Position numbers and translations under genes: made by a program. DNA of 64,000 nt. Origin: Fidelibacterota bacterium (lineage in GTDB: Bacteria > Fidelibacterota > UBA8477 > JABMPR01). The notes under the pieces were generated by a model, which saw nothing but the letters and a program-made list of their open reading frames with translations, was not told the DNA's origin and searched no databases. The stretch covers positions 3,983 through 67,982 of the forward strand of contig JADHUM010000003.1 in NCBI GenBank assembly GCA_016784545.1. The letters are read 5' to 3'. Below, piece after piece: positions 28,557 to 39,284 of the stretch; within the stretch, counting starts at the first letter, position 1, and the number at the start of each line of letters is the position of its first letter.

Positions 28557-28808
28557 CTATGCATCCTTCTTCAATTGATCTAAATCTAATACTTTGAAGA
28601 GGCGTTCGGATACCGATTCAGGAAGCTCGCATTCATTTTCCACAACCTTGTACAGCTTGACGGAACGCTGCATAGTATCATAATAGACTCTGCACTCTGG
28701 ACATTCTTCCATGAGCAGGCCTACCTCCTGACACAATTCAGAGCCGATATCCGCACCAAAATCCAGACAGATCTTCTTTTGCAGCTCTACATCATGTTTG
28801 GGCTTCAT
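28557..28808 (-). CDS. Cys-rich zinc-finger anti-sigma factor.
   Basis: Four Cys (C-x11-C-x10-CPEC) in an about 83-aa protein immediately downstream of, and start-overlapping, an ECF sigma gene. Confidence 0.55.
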   Translation of the reverse strand: MKPKHDVELQKKICLDFGADIGSELCQEVGLLMEECPECRVYYDTMQRSVKLYKVVENECELPESVSERLFKVLDLDQLKKDA

Positions 28809-29419
28809 TATACCAACCAACCTTCACGTTTTAAAAAGGTACTCATCCTGTCTCTCAAAAAGAGTCTGGCCCGCATCAGTCTTACCTTCACATTGCTCTC
28901 AGAAAGCTTCAGGATTTCGGCTGTTCTTGCCGTGGACAGCTCTTCCAGATCTCTCAGGACAAATACTGAACGATATTTTTCATCCAGATCATCCAGAGCA
29001 ACCTTAAGTGCAATCCTAAACTCTTCATCTGAAACTTTGGTTTCGATGTACTCCGGCCAATCTGCTATTTTCAGCCCGTGGAGATTTTCGAAATCCGGTT
29101 CCTGAATGGAGTATGAAATCTGCATCCTGGATTGCTTTCGCAATTTGCCGAGAGCGATATTCACACCAATGCGGTAAATCCATGTATAAAAGCTGGATTT
29201 CCCCTTGAAGGTGTGGATCTTTTGAAATGCTGTAATGAAAGTTTCCTGAAGCATATCTTCAGCATCTTCATTATTTCGCAGCATGCGCAGTCCCAGATTG
29301 TAGATGCGGGAAGAATACATGGTCACCAACTGTGACTGAACCTTCCGGTCTCCATCTCGGGCTGCCTGGATTAGCTCCGGCGTCTCTTCAATTGTCAATT
29401 CACGTTTTATTGGATGCAT
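28808..29419 (-). CDS. ECF (sigma-70 group IV) RNA polymerase sigma factor.
   Basis: Region 2 (YNLGLRMLRNNEDAEDMLQETF) and region 4 (SVFVLRDLEELSTARTAEIL) signatures. Confidence 0.85.
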   Translation of the reverse strand: MHPIKRELTIEETPELIQAARDGDRKVQSQLVTMYSSRIYNLGLRMLRNNEDAEDMLQETFITAFQKIHTFKGKSSFYTWIYRIGVNIALGKLRKQSRMQISYSIQEPDFENLHGLKIADWPEYIETKVSDEEFRIALKVALDDLDEKYRSVFVLRDLEELSTARTAEILKLSESNVKVRLMRARLFLRDRMSTFLKREGWLV

Positions 29420-29452
29420 TTCCTGTTCAGTCGTTACAGAAGGAATTATACT

Positions 29453-29950
29453 TTATGACAAGACCAATCCAGTTGAAACCAGGGTATAGCGCATATCAGC
29501 TACTTTGTGAACCGTCTTTTCAGCGCGTTCACTTTCACAAGCGCCTTCACCACTGTGCTCTCCACCCTCAGCACAAGCCTGGTGTGATCCTAAGGGATTT
29601 GAGATTTTTTCAACGATGAACAGTCCTTCCATATCAACATTGCGACCCATAGCATCGGCTGGAACGATAAAGGCTTCATCTTTGAATCGGACGGTTAAAA
29701 CATTTTGTCCGTCACTCACCTGCATCCAGCAACCCTTATGTTTGCATAGATCAGTCACTGTGCCAGAGACCCTAACCATTTGACCATTCAAATCTTGAGC
29801 CTGGGTAAATACCTCTGCAACGGGAGTTACTTTGGTCATTGAAAGGCTCTGTCCAAATTGATCCCCGGCACCTTCTGCTGTTTCAGAACTGCAAGCCATA
29901 AGACCAAGACTTAAAACAAGTAAAACTAATAGATGTGTGTGTTTGTACAT
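29453..29950 (-). CDS. Lipoprotein, DUF4920-like.
   Basis: Lipobox LMAC. Conserved CKHKGCWM segment. Confidence 0.4.
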   Translation of the reverse strand: MYKHTHLLVLLVLSLGLMACSSETAEGAGDQFGQSLSMTKVTPVAEVFTQAQDLNGQMVRVSGTVTDLCKHKGCWMQVSDGQNVLTVRFKDEAFIVPADAMGRNVDMEGLFIVEKISNPLGSHQACAEGGEHSGEGACESERAEKTVHKVADMRYTLVSTGLVLS

Positions 29951-29961
29951 GATATCCCCTT

Positions 29962-30384
29962 CTAAAAACTGTTATTTTTTCTAATTCTAAAATACATGTA
30001 TATCCCCGTGCTTCCCATCACCAGCATAATAACTGCTAAAATATCATAAAGTAGAAAGCCGAATTTACCAAAAAAATCTCCGGTATGAAGGTCAAGAATC
30101 ACCCAACGCAGGGGGACACTCTTCTCTTCAACAAATATCGCTTTGGTGCCCTGTCTATCCCTGGTGGTCTCCAGCCGATTTTCATAGTGATCAGGGAGAA
30201 TACTGAGGGGGACCCGGGACGTCTGTATGGGTTTCAAATCATCCTGGTGGATAAGGAGAATGCCCGTGATCGAAATAACAATAAGCAGTACAACTGAAAC
30301 AAGACTCACCCATTTACTATAACCAAATGTATACCTATGAAATTTGCGCCAGGTGCGCATCGATCGAGAGGAACCCTTGTTCAA
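29962..30384 (-). CDS. PepSY-associated TM helix protein.
   Basis: Single N-proximal TM helix, a short periplasmic part and a second TM. About 140 aa. Confidence 0.4.
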   Translation of the reverse strand: MNKGSSRSMRTWRKFHRYTFGYSKWVSLVSVVLLIVISITGILLIHQDDLKPIQTSRVPLSILPDHYENRLETTRDRQGTKAIFVEEKSVPLRWVILDLHTGDFFGKFGFLLYDILAVIMLVMGSTGIYMYFRIRKNNSF

Positions 30385-31445
30385 AGCGACTCCAGTCGAT
30401 TGACCATCTCCGCAGCCACAAGTTTCTCATGAAGCTCGGAAAGATCACCATTGGTAATTTCTTCCAAACGATATAAGGTCAAATTTATTCTGTGATCCGT
30501 AACCCGACCCTGTGGATAATTGTAGGTTCTGATCTTGGCACTTCTATCACCGGTTGAGACAAGTGTTTTACGCATTGCTGCAACTTGGCTATCCTGCTTC
30601 TCATGTTCTGCGGCCAATAGACGAGCACGCAATACTTTCATCGCTTTATCTTTGTTCTTATGCTGAGAAGTTTCATCCTGACAAGAGACTACCAAACCAG
30701 AAGGCATGTGGGTGATGCGGATTGCAGATTCAGTTTTATTGACATGCTGTCCACCTGCACCACTGGCACGGAATGTGTCAATTCTTAAATCTCCTGCATT
30801 AATCTCAACGTCAACTTCTTCCGCCTCAGGCAATACAGCCACAGTTGCAGCTGAAGTATGAATTCGACCACTACTCTCAGTCTGAGGAATTCGCTGAACC
30901 CGATGGACACCACTCTCAAACTTCAAAGTACCGTATGCATCCTCACCTGTAACTTGGATGATGGCTTCCTTCGTTCCACCCCCACCCAGCTCATTCAAGG
31001 TGATGAATTCATATTTCCAGTTTTTTGCTTCAGTATAACGCTGATACATGCGAACCAGGTCCGATGCAAATAGAGCTGCTTCATCACCACCAGCACCCGC
31101 TCTGATTTCAAGAATGGCAGCTCCTTGATCCAGTGGATCTTTGGGGATCAAGAGAATTTTTAAATCGTCCTCAAGCTTGGCTTTTTCAGCAAGAGAATCA
31201 TCCAGTTCTTCACGAACGATTTCTTTTAGCTCATCGTCATCACCACGAAGGATGGACTCACCCTCGTCAATAGTGGTCATCAACTCTTCATAGCTATGAA
31301 ATACTTCCAGAACATGGGATAGATCATTATGCTCTCTGGCTATTTTCGCATACTTGCGATTATTGGCCATGAGCTCAGGATCAGAAAGCTGATCCTCGAG
31401 TTCTTTAAACTTCACCTTGAGAGCAGGAAGTTTTTCCAATAACAT
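30381..31445 (-). CDS. prfA: Peptide chain release factor 1.
   Basis: GGQ motif ([11 protein letters not shown]) and the PxT region. Confidence 0.9.
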   Translation of the reverse strand: MLLEKLPALKVKFKELEDQLSDPELMANNRKYAKIAREHNDLSHVLEVFHSYEELMTTIDEGESILRGDDDELKEIVREELDDSLAEKAKLEDDLKILLIPKDPLDQGAAILEIRAGAGGDEAALFASDLVRMYQRYTEAKNWKYEFITLNELGGGGTKEAIIQVTGEDAYGTLKFESGVHRVQRIPQTESSGRIHTSAATVAVLPEAEEVDVEINAGDLRIDTFRASGAGGQHVNKTESAIRITHMPSGLVVSCQDETSQHKNKDKAMKVLRARLLAAEHEKQDSQVAAMRKTLVSTGDRSAKIRTYNYPQGRVTDHRINLTLYRLEEITNGDLSELHEKLVAAEMVNRLESL

Positions 31446-32440
31446 TAGTCAATGGCCTCAGCAACAAAAGATTGACCCTGATATTTCTCCAGATCATCAC
31501 CAAAAGCAAACTTAAGTGATTCAAGAGCGACCGTGAGTTGATCATCATCAGGTTCTCTGGTTGTGATGTTCTGTAGCCAGATGCCGGGAGCCGCTAATGC
31601 TCTCACCCAGGCGATATGACGATATTTTGAGCTCAGTTTCAATATTTCGTATCCCACACCAGCAACCAGTGGGATTAAGGGCAGGTGTGTCAATAATCTG
31701 ATCTGTAAAGTCATTTCGCCAGCAAAGAGTTTCACGATGCTGTCGATAATGGCAAACATGATAATGGAAGATAAAAGCACGATAAAAATAAAACTGGTCC
31801 CACAGCGAGGATGTTGGGTTTGGAAGGGTCTTGCAGAATCAAGATCCAGTGGCTTGCCTGCTTCAAATGTGTAGACCGCTTTATGCTCGGCACCATGATA
31901 CTGAAACAGTCTTTTCACATCATCCAGGAGTGAAATACCCCAGAGATAGGCCAGAAACAGGGCGATTCTGATTATTCCAGACACGACGTTAAAGGTAAAC
32001 GCTGTCTCTGAAAGATTTAACAGATTGCCTGTTACGAATAGTGGTGTGACAAAGAAAAGACCTAATCCAATTCCAAGTGCCAAAGCGGTTCCAAGAAAGG
32101 ATAACACTTTATCCTTCAATGTCATTTCGGCTGAACTATCTTCCTCATAAGCTATTTCTGCAGACTCGTTGAGTGTACCAATACCCATTTTCATGGATTC
32201 AAAAAGAGCTATCATGCCACGCAGTACTGGTTTTTTGAGTATGGCAATTTTTTCTGTCAGTGAAGTGAATTCCTGGCGTCTGGTAATAATCTCGCCCTGG
32301 GGGTTCCTCACAGCAATAGCATAGGCACCAGGCACACGCATCATCACACCTTCGATGATAGCTTGCCCACCGACCAGTATGGTTTGCTGGGCGGTGAGAA
32401 ATGCCTGGATAAAAACGCGGATCGAGCGTTTGGGCTTCAA
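31445..32440 (-). CDS. DUF1385-family membrane protein.
   Basis: [13 protein letters not shown] motif. It is commonly found upstream of prfA. Confidence 0.6.
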   Translation of the reverse strand: MKPKRSIRVFIQAFLTAQQTILVGGQAIIEGVMMRVPGAYAIAVRNPQGEIITRRQEFTSLTEKIAILKKPVLRGMIALFESMKMGIGTLNESAEIAYEEDSSAEMTLKDKVLSFLGTALALGIGLGLFFVTPLFVTGNLLNLSETAFTFNVVSGIIRIALFLAYLWGISLLDDVKRLFQYHGAEHKAVYTFEAGKPLDLDSARPFQTQHPRCGTSFIFIVLLSSIIMFAIIDSIVKLFAGEMTLQIRLLTHLPLIPLVAGVGYEILKLSSKYRHIAWVRALAAPGIWLQNITTREPDDDQLTVALESLKFAFGDDLEKYQGQSFVAEAID

Positions 32441-32458
32441 ATCAGCTTTGGAACGGAT

Positions 32459-32671
32459 CTATTTAGCTTTTTCAGCTGTTCCATATTTTTTACGGAACTT
32501 ATCGATACGACCAGCCGTATCCAGCAATTTCTGCTTTCCAGTAAAATATGGGTGACATTCGTTGCAAATTTCTATATGCAGCTCACCAACTGTGGTATAG
32601 GTTTCGAAACTATTCCCGCAGGCACAAGCAACCTTGTGCAACTCGTATTTAGGATGGATTCCTGGTTTCAT
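32459..32671 (-). CDS. rpmE: 50S ribosomal protein L31 (zinc-binding type A).
   Basis: MKPGIHP start and CxxC...CxxC. Confidence 0.85.
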   Translation of the reverse strand: MKPGIHPKYELHKVACACGNSFETYTTVGELHIEICNECHPYFTGKQKLLDTAGRIDKFRKKYGTAEKAK

Positions 32672-32690
32672 TTTATGGGTACTCCCTTCA

Positions 32691-33878
32691 TCATTTCAAT
32701 TTAGCAACAGCGTCGGCAAATCTGCCAAGACCTGTTTTAATAGCGTCCATGGATGTAGCATAGGACAATCTTATGTGTTCTGAAGCTCCAAAAGCTGAGC
32801 CTGGAACCACCGTAATATGAGCTTCATCCAATAAATAATTTGTCAGATCGGTGTCATCTTTTATGACAACACTCCCAGCCTTTTTTCCAAAGAGACCTGA
32901 AACTTTGGGAAAAGTATAGAAAGCACCTTCAGGCATGAGACAGCTTACTCCAGGCATGGCATCAAGAGCTGCCACCATATAGTTTCGCCGTGCAATGAAT
33001 TGTGCTCGCCAATCATCGAGAAATAATGGTGGTTCCGTCAAGGCTACCTCAGAGGCAAACTGGGCAATTGAATTGGGACAACCAGTTGCCTGGCCCTGAA
33101 ATTTCCCCATAGCTACAGCAAGTTCTCTTGAAGAAGCACTGTATCCCATACGCCAGCCTGTCATTGCGAATGCCTTGGACATGGTTTGGACGGTAATGGT
33201 CTTCTCATAGGCATTTTCAAAACCAGCCAGGCTTAAATGTTCCCCATCGTATACCAGGGCTTCGTAACACTCGTCACTGATCAACCACATATCGTTTGTA
33301 GCAGCTACCTCTACAATGGCTTGCAAACTTTCCCGATTGAGAACAGCGCCGCTGGGGTTAGAGGGTGTGTTAACGATAATCCCTTTTGTCTTTGGAGAAA
33401 TCCCCTTGAGCAATTGATTACGGTTTATTTGAAAACCATCTTCTTCACGGGTTTCAACATAGACAGGTTCGGCACCACTTAATTTGACTATTTCCGGATA
33501 GGTTACCCAATAGGGTGTGAGAATAATGACTTCATCACCCTCGTCAAACAAGGTCATCATAATATTAAATAATGAGTGCTTACCACCGTTTGAAACGACA
33601 ATCTGATTGGTCTCATAGTCAAGACCATTGTCTTTTTTTAATTTTTTAACGATGGCCTGCTTAAGGCTACTGGTTCCAGAACCTGGCGTGTAGCGTGTAT
33701 GTCCCTCTGCCAGCGCTTTATTCGCTGCCGCTCGGATGTGCTCAGGTGTGTCAAAATCCGGTTCACCGGCACCAAAGGAAATGACATCAATGCCCTGTTC
33801 TTTTAGACGGGCTGCAGCTTCAATCACAGCCATGGTGGCTGAGGGTTGTAAGGCGTTGATTCTTTTAGCAAAACTCAT
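32691..33878 (-). CDS. Class I/II pyridoxal-phosphate aminotransferase (aspartate-aminotransferase-like).
   Basis: [13 protein letters not shown] lysine region and typical length. Confidence 0.75.
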   Translation of the reverse strand: MSFAKRINALQPSATMAVIEAAARLKEQGIDVISFGAGEPDFDTPEHIRAAANKALAEGHTRYTPGSGTSSLKQAIVKKLKKDNGLDYETNQIVVSNGGKHSLFNIMMTLFDEGDEVIILTPYWVTYPEIVKLSGAEPVYVETREEDGFQINRNQLLKGISPKTKGIIVNTPSNPSGAVLNRESLQAIVEVAATNDMWLISDECYEALVYDGEHLSLAGFENAYEKTITVQTMSKAFAMTGWRMGYSASSRELAVAMGKFQGQATGCPNSIAQFASEVALTEPPLFLDDWRAQFIARRNYMVAALDAMPGVSCLMPEGAFYTFPKVSGLFGKKAGSVVIKDDTDLTNYLLDEAHITVVPGSAFGASEHIRLSYATSMDAIKTGLGRFADAVAKLK

Positions 33879-34058
33879 TTCTTATATACTCTCCTTAAAA
33901 AGCCGCGCAATATATCTGCACCCCCCCTGTCTTGGCAAGGGAAAGGTGGGACAATGATCTGGTTTTGATGCTCATTAAAATGTTGCGAATTCTCATATAA
34001 AAAAGAGCGCAGATATGACTCCACGCTCCTCCATTACTTGGATGTATTATAAATAAAA

Positions 34059-35312
34059 CTATGAATTCATGGTCTGGATAAACTCTTTATTTGTGCTTGA
34101 ACGCTGCATGCGCTCCAGGAGGAATTCCATGGCTTCAACAGGGGTCATCTCGTTGAGTAGTTTCCTCAATATCCAGGTCCTTGAAAGCTCAGCCTTGGAA
34201 AGGAGGAGTTCTTCTTTTCTGGTACCGGAGCGATTGATATCGATAGCTGGATAAATTCGACGATCACTGAGACGACGATCGAGAACCAACTCCATATTAC
34301 CAGTACCCTTGAATTCTTCAAAAATAACATCATCCATGCGGGATCCAGTTTCAATCAGGGCTGTGGCCATGATGGTTAAACTGCCACCATGTTCCACATT
34401 TCTGGCTGCACCGAAGAAGCGCTTGGGACGGTGTAGCGCGTTGGAATCAATACCACCTGAGAGAATTTTACCACTATGGGGAATAACTGCATTGTGGGCA
34501 CGTGCAAGACGTGTGAGACTATCCAGCAGGATGACCACATCTTTTCCAAATTCTACCATACATTTTGCTTTATTAAGGACCATATCCGCGACTTGAACAT
34601 GACGTTCTGGCGGCTCATCGAAAGTAGATGCGATGACCTCAGAGTCAACCATGCGACGCATATCGGTCACTTCCTCAGGTCGTTCATCAATAAGCAGAAC
34701 GATGAGCGTAACATCAGGATGATTTTGAACAATGGAGTTGGCAATGTCCTGCAACAGGATCGTTTTACCTGTTTTGGGCTGAGCAGTAATAAGACCACGC
34801 TGACCTTTACCCACAGGGCTTATTAAATCCATAACGCGCATTGAATAACTCTTGGGGCCACGCTCCAGAGTCAGTTTGGTGTCCGCATACAGGGGAACGA
34901 GTGTGTCAAACTGAGGAACAATTCTACCCTCTTCAGGATTTTGATAATTGATTGCCTCAATTTTGAGTAGAGCGAAATAGCGCTCATTGTCCTTGGGGGG
35001 ACGAACCTGACCCCACACAATTTGTCCTGTGCGTAATCCAAATCTTTTTATTTGTGAGGGCGATACATAGATGTCGTGGGCTCCAGCCAGATAATTGTTG
35101 TCTGCATCTCGGAGGAAGCCATATCCATCAGGCAAGATTTCTAAAACACCTTTGGAAAACATCATGCCCGCACTCTCGGTTTGGGCTTCGATGATGGCTT
35201 CGATTAAATCCATCTTTTTCTGACCGGAGACTGCTGGCACTGCCAATTCCTGGGCAATATCTGCCAACTCTTTCAACTTCATTTTCAGAAGTTGCGTAAT
35301 GGTTAAACTCAT
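34059..35312 (-). CDS. rho: Transcription termination factor Rho.
   Basis: N-terminal OB/RNA-binding domain plus RecA-like ATPase with Walker [16 protein letters not shown]. An approximately 270-bp leader lies upstream. Confidence 0.9.
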   Translation of the reverse strand: MSLTITQLLKMKLKELADIAQELAVPAVSGQKKMDLIEAIIEAQTESAGMMFSKGVLEILPDGYGFLRDADNNYLAGAHDIYVSPSQIKRFGLRTGQIVWGQVRPPKDNERYFALLKIEAINYQNPEEGRIVPQFDTLVPLYADTKLTLERGPKSYSMRVMDLISPVGKGQRGLITAQPKTGKTILLQDIANSIVQNHPDVTLIVLLIDERPEEVTDMRRMVDSEVIASTFDEPPERHVQVADMVLNKAKCMVEFGKDVVILLDSLTRLARAHNAVIPHSGKILSGGIDSNALHRPKRFFGAARNVEHGGSLTIMATALIETGSRMDDVIFEEFKGTGNMELVLDRRLSDRRIYPAIDINRSGTRKEELLLSKAELSRTWILRKLLNEMTPVEAMEFLLERMQRSSTNKEFIQTMNS

Positions 35313-35579
35313 TGAAATAAACCTGTTCTTTTGTGATTGATATTTTTGTTAAATTTCTGTAAAAAAGTATTGTTGGGAGATTAGATCTGCATTTTCAGCG
35401 TTTGAATTGCAACCTGAATTTAATCTGCACCTATACCTTGTCAATTAAAATTCTAATTAATTATTTATCCGTGTGATATAGACCCTGGACATTGTTTTAG
35501 CCTTCAATCAATAGATGCAAGCAGCGATGCTCCAACTGTTTATCATTAATATCACCTTGTTAGTATCAAGATTAGAGGG

Positions 35580-36851
35580 TCAGTTCTGATCTGAATTTTC
35601 AAACATGGGAAAGAGAGATTCAGCCAAATAGTGGCTTCCAAAAAAGCAGATTACCTGGTCATCATGCACCTTAAGTTTTAGAGCGCGCTCATAGGCTGCC
35701 ACAAGGTTTGATTCAATCAGATCAGGGTTAACACCTAAATGAACCAGACTTTTCTTCTCAACAGCAGAATGCCCTGAAAAAGCGGTGAATATGACCTCCC
35801 CCGGCCAGGTTTGAAGCAGGTCAAGCATGGGTTGGATATTTTTCCTGGCATTAAATGCAGCCACAATGATTGAATCTTCTTTACCAAGTTCAAGTAGAGA
35901 TTCCAGTAATCGTGTAAGTCCCTCTGGGTTGTGAGCAACATCGTAAAGCACTGGAGGATCTTTTTGCAAAGCCTGCATGCGACCCTGCCAGATCATGTCA
36001 TCCAGTCCCAACTGGATAATGGACGCATCCAATCTGAAGCCCAACTCATCCAGTGCGGCCAGCACATTGGTGAAATTCTCCACTTGATGGCGTCCAAGGA
36101 GAGGCAATTCGATATCGATGGTCTGCCCGGATATACTGCAGCGAATCCGCTGAGACATGCCATGATGAGTGACGGTCTCAATCTTGACCCTGTCTGGGAC
36201 ATAAATATATGTGGAATTCACTTGTTGACTCTTGTGTTCAACGATCTGTTTGACAACATCAGGATTCTTTCCAAGAAGAATTGGGCGTTGCGATTTAATA
36301 ATGCCTGCCTTTTCACCTGCAATCTGAGCGAGATTGTCTCCCAGGATATTCTCATGGTCCATTGACACACTGGTAATGATACTGGCGATAGGATTCACAA
36401 CGTTTGTGGCATCCAGACGGCCCCCCAGGCCAGTTTCAATCACAGCATAGTCAACTGATTGTTCCTTAAAGTATTCCATCCCAAGGGCAGTGAGAACTTC
36501 AAAAAAGGTAATGCCCAATTCGTCAATATGAACCCGCCATTCCTCAACTTTTCTGATGATAAACTCATCAGAAACCAGGGTATTACCAACTCTGATACGC
36601 TCGTTTGGTTTGATCAGATGTGGCGAGGTAAACAAACCCGTTTTTTTACCATAAGCCCTTAGAATAGCAGCCAGCATTGCTGCGGTGGAACCTTTTCCAT
36701 TGGTTCCAGCAATATGAATAACCGGATATGATGCATGGGGATTGCCAAGCCTGTCCATAAAGGCTTCAACCCTGGACAACTCAAGCTTGACCCCTGGTAC
36801 CGTCAAGCCAAAGATATATTCGAATACTGATTTAGAATCCGGATTGATCAA
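35580..36851 (-). CDS. folC: Folylpolyglutamate synthase / dihydrofolate synthase.
   Basis: GTNGKGS P-loop; Mur-ligase fold. Confidence 0.8.
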   Translation of the reverse strand: MINPDSKSVFEYIFGLTVPGVKLELSRVEAFMDRLGNPHASYPVIHIAGTNGKGSTAAMLAAILRAYGKKTGLFTSPHLIKPNERIRVGNTLVSDEFIIRKVEEWRVHIDELGITFFEVLTALGMEYFKEQSVDYAVIETGLGGRLDATNVVNPIASIITSVSMDHENILGDNLAQIAGEKAGIIKSQRPILLGKNPDVVKQIVEHKSQQVNSTYIYVPDRVKIETVTHHGMSQRIRCSISGQTIDIELPLLGRHQVENFTNVLAALDELGFRLDASIIQLGLDDMIWQGRMQALQKDPPVLYDVAHNPEGLTRLLESLLELGKEDSIIVAAFNARKNIQPMLDLLQTWPGEVIFTAFSGHSAVEKKSLVHLGVNPDLIESNLVAAYERALKLKVHDDQVICFFGSHYLAESLFPMFENSDQN

Positions 36852-36892
36852 GTCGATTATTCCCCAATCTCTACTGAAATGGTAAGGTGTGT

Positions 36893-37726
36893 TTAATTGT
36901 AAGATTCCAGAACTTCCAGCTCCACCTTGAACAGCTGATCAAGGGGTCTTCCTAAAAATCTGGATGCTGTTTCTTCGAACTTTTGAGGAAAGTCAGAAAC
37001 ATAAAATTTATGCCTACCCGGGTCCCCACTCTCATGATTCAACAACCCCATCTCTTTCAGCACTTTTTGAACCCTGGTCGCTGTCTCTTCTCCTGAATCA
37101 ACGAGACGAACTGATGGCCCCATCACTTCCTGGATGATTGATTTGAGATAGGGATAATGGGTACACCCCAGAATAAGCGAATCTGGCTTCTGAGCTTTGA
37201 ATGATTCCAAATAGCTCTCCAGTACTTGTGTGACCACACCATCATGGGGCCAATCCTCTTCGACCAGAGGTACCAGCAAAGGACAAGCCTGATCCGTCAC
37301 TTCTATCTCTGGATCAAGAGCTCGGATCGCTGTTCGGTAAGCACCAGATCGTATGGTGGAGGCGGTGCCGATCACCCCAATACGTTTATGCTTTGAATAT
37401 TTTACCGCTGCTTCAGAACCAGGTTCAATTACACCTACAATTGGAATGCTAAAACTCTGTTGGAGACTCTCCAGGGCAACAGCTGATGCCGTATTACAGG
37501 CCACAACAATCATTTTGACCTGTTTTTCCCTCAGAAAAGCAGAAATTTGATGGGCGAATCTGATGACTGTATCTTCAGATTTTGAACCGTAGGGAACTCG
37601 TGCAGTATCCCCAAAATAAATGAGGTGTTCGTGGGGCAATAAATCAATGATTGCCCTTACAACTGAGATTCCTCCCAGTCCGGAGTCAAATACTCCAATA
37701 GCTTGTTCTGGGTTTAATTTATTCAC
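36893..37726 (-). CDS. murI: Glutamate racemase.
   Basis: DSGLGG and ACNTAS active-site motifs. Confidence 0.9.
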   Translation of the reverse strand: MNKLNPEQAIGVFDSGLGGISVVRAIIDLLPHEHLIYFGDTARVPYGSKSEDTVIRFAHQISAFLREKQVKMIVVACNTASAVALESLQQSFSIPIVGVIEPGSEAAVKYSKHKRIGVIGTASTIRSGAYRTAIRALDPEIEVTDQACPLLVPLVEEDWPHDGVVTQVLESYLESFKAQKPDSLILGCTHYPYLKSIIQEVMGPSVRLVDSGEETATRVQKVLKEMGLLNHESGDPGRHKFYVSDFPQKFEETASRFLGRPLDQLFKVELEVLESYN

Positions 37727-39255
37727 GGTGATAATAACTTTTCATGACGTGTTTTATATTTCATAAGGGCGTCAAATATCCCTTCTGCTGCTTTCTGTCT
37801 GTAGGAAGCCTGCTTCAACCTGCGAGCGTCATTTTTATTAGAAATAAATCCTAATTCGATGAGTACATTGGGCATTGAGGCTCCGATCAACACAATAAAT
37901 CCTGCCTGCTTAACACCCCTGTTCTGACCCACCAGCTTCTTGTCAAATTCCCTTTGCGTCAAATCGGCCAAGGTTTCACTTTGCTGCATGAAAGAGCTCT
38001 GGGCCATGGTAGCCAGGATTAATTGTTCCGTGCTCAACTTGTCGTACTGGTCAGTATTTTGTTCAAGCTTAATTACTGCGTTCTCCATCTCAGCAACGGC
38101 TACAGCGGCATCTGTTTTTCCAGGTCGGAGTAGATAGGTTTCAAAGCCTGATGCCTTTTTATTCTTATTGGCATTGACGTGGATACTCAGGAAAACTTTT
38201 CCACCGGCTTCGTTGGCGATTTTAGTACGCTCCCAGAGTGGGACAAACACATCCGTCTTTCTGGTATAAATAACTTCAATATCAGTTCTGGTTTCAATCA
38301 GCTTCCCCAACCGCTTCACAACATCCAGGGTAATCTCCTTCTCTCTGAGACCGTTACCGCGAGCCCCTGGATCATGCCCCCCGTGCCCGGCATCAAGGAC
38401 AATTTTATCGAGCTTCCACTTCTGGCGTTCTTTTTCCAGATAGTGGGATTGATCGATAACATAGGGTCTTCGAATTGTCAGTAAAATTTCCGGCGGTGAA
38501 TCGCGATGCAAAACATCGACGCCTTCTACGGTACCGCGAAGACGAAAGGTGAGTTGAGAGGTGCCATCCAATTGATCTGCAGTAACCGTGCGGATGCTGC
38601 TGTTTTTTGGAATTTCAGTATTATCAAGATCTGGCTTATTTACTTTTGCTCCAGGCAGGGTTACATAGAGCCACTCCTCGCGGTTTATCCAGGCCTTTAC
38701 AGATTTTGCATCATATCGATTGGCTGTACGAATCCGAATAACAGTCCCATTTTGCCGTTCTTCTATATTGGCAGACACGATGTCAAATGGGGAGTATTTT
38801 GTGGGTTCAGCTTCTTGTTGAACTTGCATATCAGCTGTGTCAGACCCAGACAAAATTGTTACTCCCGAGACCAGACCCACCATTTTCAGAATGTTTACAA
38901 AATCATCCATGGGTAGATAAGTGTCCCCATCAAAGAAAATGACAGCGTGGGACATCTGAAATGTTTTATCCTCAACCATGACGAAATGGTTGTAAGCGGT
39001 AACCTTAAATTTAAGGCGACCGATACGGAAGACCGACTTCCTGACGGCAGGGTTCAGAAATGCGGATATCTTATAGGCATCCAGCAAATCCTGAAGTGAA
39101 ATATATTGGTATTGATTTATTACATAGACTGGGATAGCAGGTACATATCTCTCATCATTTGCTTTTTGCAGAATAAGTTCAGTCCGTCTTGCCTGTAGAG
39201 AAGAGACCAGAAAAAGCAGGATGATTGCGAAAACTATATATCGAAGGCGGTTCAT
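37723..39255 (-). CDS. N-acetylmuramoyl-L-alanine amidase (AmiC-like, with an N-terminal AMIN-type domain).
   Basis: C-terminal Amidase_3 motifs (LDAGHGGHDPGA ... SIHVNA). Signal peptide. Confidence 0.8.
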   Translation of the reverse strand: MNRLRYIVFAIILLFLVSSLQARRTELILQKANDERYVPAIPVYVINQYQYISLQDLLDAYKISAFLNPAVRKSVFRIGRLKFKVTAYNHFVMVEDKTFQMSHAVIFFDGDTYLPMDDFVNILKMVGLVSGVTILSGSDTADMQVQQEAEPTKYSPFDIVSANIEERQNGTVIRIRTANRYDAKSVKAWINREEWLYVTLPGAKVNKPDLDNTEIPKNSSIRTVTADQLDGTSQLTFRLRGTVEGVDVLHRDSPPEILLTIRRPYVIDQSHYLEKERQKWKLDKIVLDAGHGGHDPGARGNGLREKEITLDVVKRLGKLIETRTDIEVIYTRKTDVFVPLWERTKIANEAGGKVFLSIHVNANKNKKASGFETYLLRPGKTDAAVAVAEMENAVIKLEQNTDQYDKLSTEQLILATMAQSSFMQQSETLADLTQREFDKKLVGQNRGVKQAGFIVLIGASMPNVLIELGFISNKNDARRLKQASYRQKAAEGIFDALMKYKTRHEKLLSP

Positions 39256-39284
39256 ATTTAGCGTTGAAAATAGTCTGAGAGCAA

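Noticed and set aside
35313-35579. Possible ncRNA or mobile element in the 267-bp AT-rich spacer upstream of rho.
   Set aside because: Rho genes typically carry long, structured, autoregulated leader regions. No repeats, integrase signatures or conserved RNA motifs were recognisable.
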